Shown piece by piece: positions 58,941-64,000 of a stretch of DNA of 64,000 bases. The translations under genes were made by a program, and so were the position numbers. The stretch's first letter is position 1; the number at the start of each line of letters is the position of its first letter. This stretch comes from an uncultured Candidatus Saccharibacteria bacterium (GTDB lineage: Bacteria; Patescibacteriota; Minisyncoccia; Phycocordibacterales; UBA2100), in contig CAZELA010000003.1 of assembly GCA_964512835.1 (NCBI GenBank), positions 152,098 through 216,097 of the forward strand, read 5' to 3'. The notes beneath the pieces are model-generated. The model made no database searches. It saw only the letters and a program-made list of their open reading frames with translations, and had not been told where the DNA came from.

Positions 58941-59514
58941 TCCGCTTTCGATAGACTGCCGCAATAAGCATTACGTTGACGACGAGTAGATATATTTGGA
59001 AGCTTGAATTCTCAATACTCCACACATGCATAGAGGGGAGCACTAGAAGCACGCTTACGAGCGAGGTTACATAAGTAAACCCTGTCTCGGTCTCTGGGAA
59101 CTTCCACGCCTTTACGATGGTGGGGAGTGCTGCAAAGAAGTCTCCGAGCGCCGCAAGAAGTATGGCGTATGTCGGGATGCCGACCACAAGCCAGAGAATG
59201 AGCGCGAGTATCGAGAATCCGCCGCAGGTGATATCAAAGGATGTCGCTTTCCAGAAACTCTTTCGATTCCAGAATGATGCAATAAATACGAGGAGTGGCA
59301 GGAATCCTGCGAGGAAGGTACGAATTGTTACCCACACATCAGCTCCTGCAGTGAGTGCTGCACCTGTACCAATGAGCGGTGCGAGTGCCCACAGTCCCCA
59401 AGAAATCCGATTGGGTTGAGTCGTGCCGCGAATGGTGTCCCGTACGTACGCGTATCCACCGATACAGCTTATGAGCGCGCTCAGTATCACCAGCCAGTGC
59501 TCAAAGCTCAGCAT
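58933..59514 (-). CDS. polytopic membrane protein
   Basis: Six predicted TM helices; start refined to MLSFEHW because the track N-terminus runs into repeat copy B. Confidence 0.5.
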   Translation of the reverse strand: MLSFEHWLVILSALISCIGGYAYVRDTIRGTTQPNRISWGLWALAPLIGTGAALTAGADVWVTIRTFLAGFLPLLVFIASFWNRKSFWKATSFDITCGGFSILALILWLVVGIPTYAILLAALGDFFAALPTIVKAWKFPETETGFTYVTSLVSVLLVLPSMHVWSIENSSFQIYLLVVNVMLIAAVYRKRIF

Positions 59515-59536
59515 GGTCAGATAGTAGCACTGGGGG

Positions 59537-59740
59537 ATGGGGTCAGTCCCCACATGGCTCGTCACTACTGCGACTCGCACGCAGGGCCCGTCTCGCTATC
59601 CCAAACGCCGTCGCATTTGGGCCCCAAGCTCCGACCGAGTTTTGTCTTGTATCGAGCAGTGCGCGCTACAAGCGGAAAACTCCTCCAGAGACGGAAAACG
59701 TGTGGTGAAAACAAAAACCCCGGTCGATTGGCCGGGGTCC
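59537..59740. repeat. 200-bp repeat element, copy B
   Basis: See copy A; the differences are not adenine-specific. Confidence 0.8.
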
Positions 59741-59757
59741 TGCTTTTGCGCAGGATG

Positions 59758-60279
59758 TTATGCGAGGAGCAGGGGGAAGTCTGAGACGCGTTTGTACACG
59801 CCTCTCCGCCATCGCGCAATGCTCTGGATGATTCCGTATAGCTCGATGAAGGTTTTCACCGCATCCTGCAGGCGAATCGCCACGAAGTCATCCGGTGCGC
59901 CACTGTTCGCTGGATTCATGAGAATCAGGTACTCCTCGTCGACGACGAGTCGCGAGAACACGGCGATCCGGTAGGAATTTGATACAGCGAGCGATTCCCA
60001 TCGTGGATTGTCCGGATTCACAATCTGCATCGCGGGGCCGACACCCATGAGTTTCGCGTACGCATCACGAAGTGATTCGCCGCGCTCTGGGGTCGGGATG
60101 AAAAAATACACGTGACCGCACAGCAGTTCGGTCGTGGCCGACAGCTTGTTGATTTCGTCCCACGGCGCCGTTGCGTTTGGGAAGCCTGTCATATCGTAAA
60201 GACCCCACCCCGTGCGCTTCACCGCGGAGCAGATTTCACCGCCATCCGGTAACACTGTTTCCTGAGCCAGTCGCAACAT
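59758..60279 (-). CDS. hypothetical protein
   Basis: GGAGGA RBS before MLRLAQ; repeat-module terminator downstream. Confidence 0.4.
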   Translation of the reverse strand: MLRLAQETVLPDGGEICSAVKRTGWGLYDMTGFPNATAPWDEINKLSATTELLCGHVYFFIPTPERGESLRDAYAKLMGVGPAMQIVNPDNPRWESLAVSNSYRIAVFSRLVVDEEYLILMNPANSGAPDDFVAIRLQDAVKTFIELYGIIQSIARWRRGVYKRVSDFPLLLA

Positions 60280-60317
60280 TCTGTCCTCCAAGGCGTTGTT
60301 CCCGCCAGCACCCTACA

Positions 60318-60410
60318 CCAAAATCCAGAGACGGAAAACGTGTTGCCTGCCTCCTGCATGCGCAGGCATGGCGCATTCAGAACCCCCCCCCGTCGATTGT
60401 TCGAGGGTTG
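60318..60410. repeat. repeat module (degenerate copy)
   Basis: CCAGAGACGGAAAACGTGTTGCCTGCCTCCTGCATGCGCAGGCA followed by a C-rich tract. Confidence 0.6.
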
Positions 60411-60466
60411 CACAAATCTTCAGTTCCCGTTAGGGTGACGCTCGGTTGCAACAGGGAGGACTCGAA

Positions 60467-60952
60467 ATGCTTACGATCAATCCGGTCAGGGATCGAGACG
60501 AGGCGCTCCGCCGCATCGAATCGCTCGACAATGCCCTCATAGGCTGCGGGCACGTGTGCGCGTGTCGCGCGCGGATGGCGCTCGTGATCACCGCCGAACA
60601 CATGACGCGGGTCGAGGCCGTGGTCGCAGAAGTGCGGTCCGGCACGTCCGCAGGCGGCATAGAAGCGCTCCGCGAGATCATCGGCGCCGATATCAATGAG
60701 GTGCAGGCCGAAGTGGCGCTGCGCATCGAGAACACGATGCAGCATCCCGACTACGTGCGCACCAAGAAGGGCGGGGGCATGGCCGCCGCCGAGCGCTCGC
60801 TCTCCGAGATGCTCGAGCAAGAACTCGACCCCACCGGGTATGCAGAGCGCCGGACGGAGCGACTGATGCACGCCATACTCAGCGGTGATCACTCGGCTCT
60901 GCCCGCGGGAATGCATGTCATTCAAATCGGCGGTCGAGGACCCCTGAACTAG
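60467..60952 (+). CDS. hypothetical protein
   Basis: GGGAGGA RBS; strong terminator hairpin at 60963-61000. Confidence 0.4.
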   Translation: MLTINPVRDRDEALRRIESLDNALIGCGHVCACRARMALVITAEHMTRVEAVVAEVRSGTSAGGIEALREIIGADINEVQAEVALRIENTMQHPDYVRTKKGGGMAAAERSLSEMLEQELDPTGYAERRTERLMHAILSGDHSALPAGMHVIQIGGRGPLN

Positions 60953-61052
60953 ATCGTTTCCAAGACGGCCACGCAGAGCACTGCGTGGCCGCATTGTTTT
61001 ACATAAAAACTCCGCCGGAACGGCCGGGACTTTGCCTTGCTACACTGGTGGC

Positions 61053-62114
61053 ATGAACGAGAAGTGGGGTGGGCTGCACAAAATGCGCGAGCGATTGCGC
61101 ACTGAGCGCGGTGTGGGTGGTCGCATTGCAGACGAGGACGAACAAGCGGGCCTGCGCGATGCAGCACTCGCAAAGTTCAAACTCAAGCAAGATCTGTTCC
61201 GACTCGAGCATTCAGAGCTCGCACAAAAGTTGGAGGGATGGCTCGGAGAAATTGATTTTGACGAACTCAATGAGATTTTTGCAGAGCAGCTGAGGCGCTC
61301 GGGTATCGACACCAGTCGTCTCAACCCGCTGTTTCGAGAAAATATTTACATGGACGGCGGCACCGATACTGCGACCATGTCGTATACCGGCTCCATCAAT
61401 GCCATACAGATTCATGCGAACGAATTTGAAGACTACGTCGCCCGTCAGAACACATCGAATGTCGATCCGCGCCTTATTTTTATGCAGCACCTCATACACG
61501 AGGGTGCTCATGCCGCCTCAGCCAATATAACGGTGATGAAGGACCAGGCGAGCGGCTTTGTGCAATTGTCCGATTCGGGGCTCAATCATCGTCACGTCAA
61601 TGCGGTACTGCAAGGCGACGATACGTTCTCCCTCGAGGAAAACAATGAGTTCCTCATGTTCAACGAGGGTGTGACCGAGCTTGTCGCCGATGAGGTGCTG
61701 TCCGAGTATCTGAAGCGTCGTCCGCTTGCCGGACTCTCAGGCGAGATTGCTAACAGCACATTCGATAATTTGGTGGGCACTCACTCCACCGAGGGAGTGG
61801 GTTATGCGACAGCTCGTCAGTTTGTGACTGCATTTGTGGATGCCATCGCGCGAGAGGTCGGTATTCCCGAAGATGTAGTGTGGTCGGCTTTGAAGCGACA
61901 GTATTTCCGTGGGGATTCGCTCGCAGAGAAAGAAACAAGTGATCTGCTCAACGAGAGTCTTGGCGAGATTTTCACCGAAATGCTGAGCGAGGCGGATACG
62001 GCGGGGTTCTTGCGAGCAATACGAAGAAGCTATCCAAAAATCACACTCACCAAAGATCAGGCGATCAATGCGTGGCTTGCTCACTTGCAGCTCAAGCGAG
62101 GGGGCTCAAGCTAA
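61053..62114 (+). CDS. hypothetical protein with HExxH motif (possible zinc metallopeptidase)
   Basis: HLIHEGAHA motif in a 354-aa ORF; no other recognisable domain. Confidence 0.4.
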   Translation: MNEKWGGLHKMRERLRTERGVGGRIADEDEQAGLRDAALAKFKLKQDLFRLEHSELAQKLEGWLGEIDFDELNEIFAEQLRRSGIDTSRLNPLFRENIYMDGGTDTATMSYTGSINAIQIHANEFEDYVARQNTSNVDPRLIFMQHLIHEGAHAASANITVMKDQASGFVQLSDSGLNHRHVNAVLQGDDTFSLEENNEFLMFNEGVTELVADEVLSEYLKRRPLAGLSGEIANSTFDNLVGTHSTEGVGYATARQFVTAFVDAIAREVGIPEDVVWSALKRQYFRGDSLAEKETSDLLNESLGEIFTEMLSEADTAGFLRAIRRSYPKITLTKDQAINAWLAHLQLKRGGSS

Positions 62115-62180
62115 ATCCTCCGGAAACGCACAACGTGTGGTGCAAGCAAAACCCCGCCGAGGACGGCGGGGCATAACGTT
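62113..62180. repeat. repeat module / bidirectional terminator
   Basis: CCTCCGGAAACGCACAACGTGTGGTGCAAGCAAAACCCCGCCGAGGACGGCGGGG. Confidence 0.6.
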
Positions 62181-62199
62181 TGCGGAAGGTGCGCGTCGC

Positions 62200-62598
62200 C
62201 TAGGCGGCGATCGTTCCGTTTGCGAACACGTGGATCACGGGTGAGAGCGACGGGTGCACCGCGATCTCGCGGTCGTACCGGCGCCGAAGTTCGCGGAGTT
62301 GCGTCTCGCCGGGGATGCGCACCACGTGGTACTTCTGCGAGCAGTACACGGGCTCGGAATGAGTCGTGCGCTCCGTGGTGCCGTCCAGGTAGGTCGTGAG
62401 CACGAAGCGCTCGATGTGAATGAAATCCACACGCGCACCGATCTCGTCGTGGGAGAGCGAGGCGATGATTTCTTCGTCGGTGCGGGTGTCGGCACCGAGC
62501 GGGTTGAATCCGCTCCGGCTACCGTCTGTCCACGAAACAACGCGGGCACCGGTCTCGGACTTGATGATGTCGATCTCAGTCAGGGGCAGCGTGCGCAT
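62200..62598 (-). CDS. hypothetical protein
   Basis: GGAGGA RBS before MRTLPL. Confidence 0.4.
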   Translation of the reverse strand: MRTLPLTEIDIIKSETGARVVSWTDGSRSGFNPLGADTRTDEEIIASLSHDEIGARVDFIHIERFVLTTYLDGTTERTTHSEPVYCSQKYHVVRIPGETQLRELRRRYDREIAVHPSLSPVIHVFANGTIAA

Positions 62599-62690
62599 TC
62601 GAAATCCTCCGGGGTTCAAAACTGATCCGCGAACACTATGCGTTATATCTGGGATTTGTCAAACAATCGGCGCTCCGGAAAGTCGGTCGT

Positions 62691-63086
62691 TTAGCCGACA
62701 AGCGCGACGGTAGCCACTGCAACGAGCGCCCACTGTGCGACCGTAAAGGCTGTTTCGATCACAAAGAAATTCGGCACCGACGTCATTCTGTGTTTTGCGC
62801 CCACGGCTACGGTTGTGTAGCTCCACGACAGCACCGCTCCGGCCACAAAGTACACAAGCCCGCGCGTTGTCGCATCCGCAAACATTGTCTGGATGAGGTG
62901 TATGTACACGTAGGAAAATATGACTGCCTGCGTTGCCATTGAGAGGAGGCCGAACGGAATGATGACGTCATCGCGATATATAGCGAGTGCCTTGTAGCGG
63001 GCATCAAAGAGCTTCAAGTGCCATACAAACCCGAGGATAAAGGTCGGAACAAGATACGCGGCGATCGATATATAGAGTGGTGTCAT
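62691..63086 (-). CDS. small polytopic membrane protein
   Basis: Four TM helices; the track N-terminal extension is antisense to the VOC gene and was trimmed to the ATG at 63086. Confidence 0.45.
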   Translation of the reverse strand: MTPLYISIAAYLVPTFILGFVWHLKLFDARYKALAIYRDDVIIPFGLLSMATQAVIFSYVYIHLIQTMFADATTRGLVYFVAGAVLSWSYTTVAVGAKHRMTSVPNFFVIETAFTVAQWALVAVATVALVG

Positions 63087-63200
63087 ATGCACAAGTATAC
63101 AGACGTCGGGGCGAGCGCTCCGCATCGCGGTTAGCGACCTGCCAGTGGCGTGGGTGTAGGATCGTTCACTGTGCCTGCATGGCGGCGCTATACTGGGGAA

Positions 63201-63587
63201 ATGACTCACATCAATCATGCATTCAGCGGGTTTTCGGTCAGTGACCTCGCGGCTGCAAAGGCGTTTTACGAGGAGGTGCTTGGTATTTCGGTGCGCGAGG
63301 AACCGGGCATGGGTATGAATCTCGTGCTCCCGGGCGGCGGCAACTTTTTTGTGTATCCGAAGGCAGATCATGTGCCCGCTACGTACACGACGCTTAATCT
63401 TGTCGTCGACAACATCGACGCGGCAGTCGACGAGCTCGTGGGGAGGGGCGTTACCTTTGAGCGGTACGACGGCATGCATCAGGATGACAAAGGTATCGCG
63501 CGAGGGATCGCCGCCAACATGGGGCCGGACATCGCGTGGTTCAAAGATCCCGCAGGCAATATCTTGTCGGTAATGCAGGAGAAATAG
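63201..63587 (+). CDS. glyoxalase/bleomycin-resistance (VOC) family protein
   Basis: VOC fold signatures (FSVSDLAAAKAFYEEVLG ... DPAGNIL). Confidence 0.7.
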   Translation: MTHINHAFSGFSVSDLAAAKAFYEEVLGISVREEPGMGMNLVLPGGGNFFVYPKADHVPATYTTLNLVVDNIDAAVDELVGRGVTFERYDGMHQDDKGIARGIAANMGPDIAWFKDPAGNILSVMQEK

Positions 63588-63656
63588 CATTACTGCTTCT
63601 GCAGATAGCAAAAACCCCGGCAGCGATGCCGGGGTTCGTTCGTGAGAACAGGGGAG

Positions 63657-63986
63657 CTACGTCTGGGCGGATGCGCCCGCGAATCCCTCGTCGAGCTTTG
63701 CGGCGATGGTCCACGCGGCGATGCCTGCACCGGCCACCGCGAGGATCGGCAACATCGGTGCGATCAGATGATGGACGAAAAAGGCTACACCCACTAGTGC
63801 GATCTGAGCCACGTAGTAGTTCAGGAGTGTCCCGCGCAGGGGATCGAGTGCGCGAGCGGCCGCGTCCGTATCCATGATTTCCTGCAGTTTGCCCTTGAGG
63901 TAGCGGTACATCATCAGGTAGATGCCGCCGATCACGGCCGCGAAACCGAGCGCGGAGCCGCAGATCTTGGCGAGCCACAGCGGCAT
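63657..63986 (-). CDS. small membrane protein
   Basis: Three TM helices; terminator hairpin AAAACCCCGGCAGCGATGCCGGGG at 63603-63640. Confidence 0.4.
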   Translation of the reverse strand: MPLWLAKICGSALGFAAVIGGIYLMMYRYLKGKLQEIMDTDAAARALDPLRGTLLNYYVAQIALVGVAFFVHHLIAPMLPILAVAGAGIAAWTIAAKLDEGFAGASAQT

Positions 63987-64000
63987 GAACAGCGACCGGA

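Noticed and set aside
57488-59740. Diversity-generating retroelement TR/VR pair
   Set aside because: The two 200-bp repeats differ at G, T and C positions as well as A. The RT has the QGxxxSP motif rather than the DGR SQ motif, and no Avd-like gene is present.
57618-62180. CRISPR array or integron attC cassette array
   Set aside because: Repeat spacing is irregular (0.5-1.8 kb). Intervening sequences are full genes in mixed orientations. No cas or intI gene is adjacent and no GTTRRRY core sites were recognised.

Overview
This 64-kb window has about 58% GC and is dense in small genes. It comes from a bacterium with a reduced, episymbiont-like gene set (CPR/Patescibacteria-like) that combines type IV pilus, ComEC, RecJ, minimal glycolysis and many secreted proteins. 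The annotation rests on motif recognition in the translated ORFs and manual inspection of the DNA; no searches were run. Recognisable core genes are an AICAR-transformylase-only PurH, a Xer-type tyrosine recombinase, exonuclease III, the CCA-adding enzyme, four tRNAs (Arg-UCG, Gly-GCC, Pro-UGG, Gly-UCC), a YraN-family nuclease, an S1-type serine protease, HU, RNase Y, ClpP, trigger factor, inorganic pyrophosphatase, NusA, a type IV pilus locus (PilB, a TraX-like membrane protein, PilC, three prepilin-like genes), TpiA, Pgk, two HIT proteins, RecJ, RNase HI, ComEC split into two genes, Fe/Mn-SOD, L28, a GNAT, a nucleotidyltransferase, an M50 protease, and rpsL-rpsG-fusA-tuf. The conserved str operon is interrupted twice. 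A 3.3-kb insert between rpsG and fusA carries ung, hypotheticals and a run of tiny membrane peptides. A 7-kb insert between fusA and tuf carries four secreted proteins, including an 877-aa glycine-rich protein. Immediately after tuf lies an accessory island that opens with a free-standing reverse transcriptase. That gene abuts the tuf terminator, so it cannot be a group II intron, and about 700 bp of apparently non-coding, structured sequence precedes it. The island continues with small membrane and hypothetical genes punctuated by a family of repeated 45-200-bp elements. Other notable structure: two AT-rich DnaA-box-bearing regions carrying a ~35-bp inverted repeat that flank a 4-kb segment; a cluster of very long perfect hairpins between two tRNAs; partial tRNA copies next to tRNA-Arg and tRNA-Pro; and four small plus-strand genes inserted between tig and clpP.
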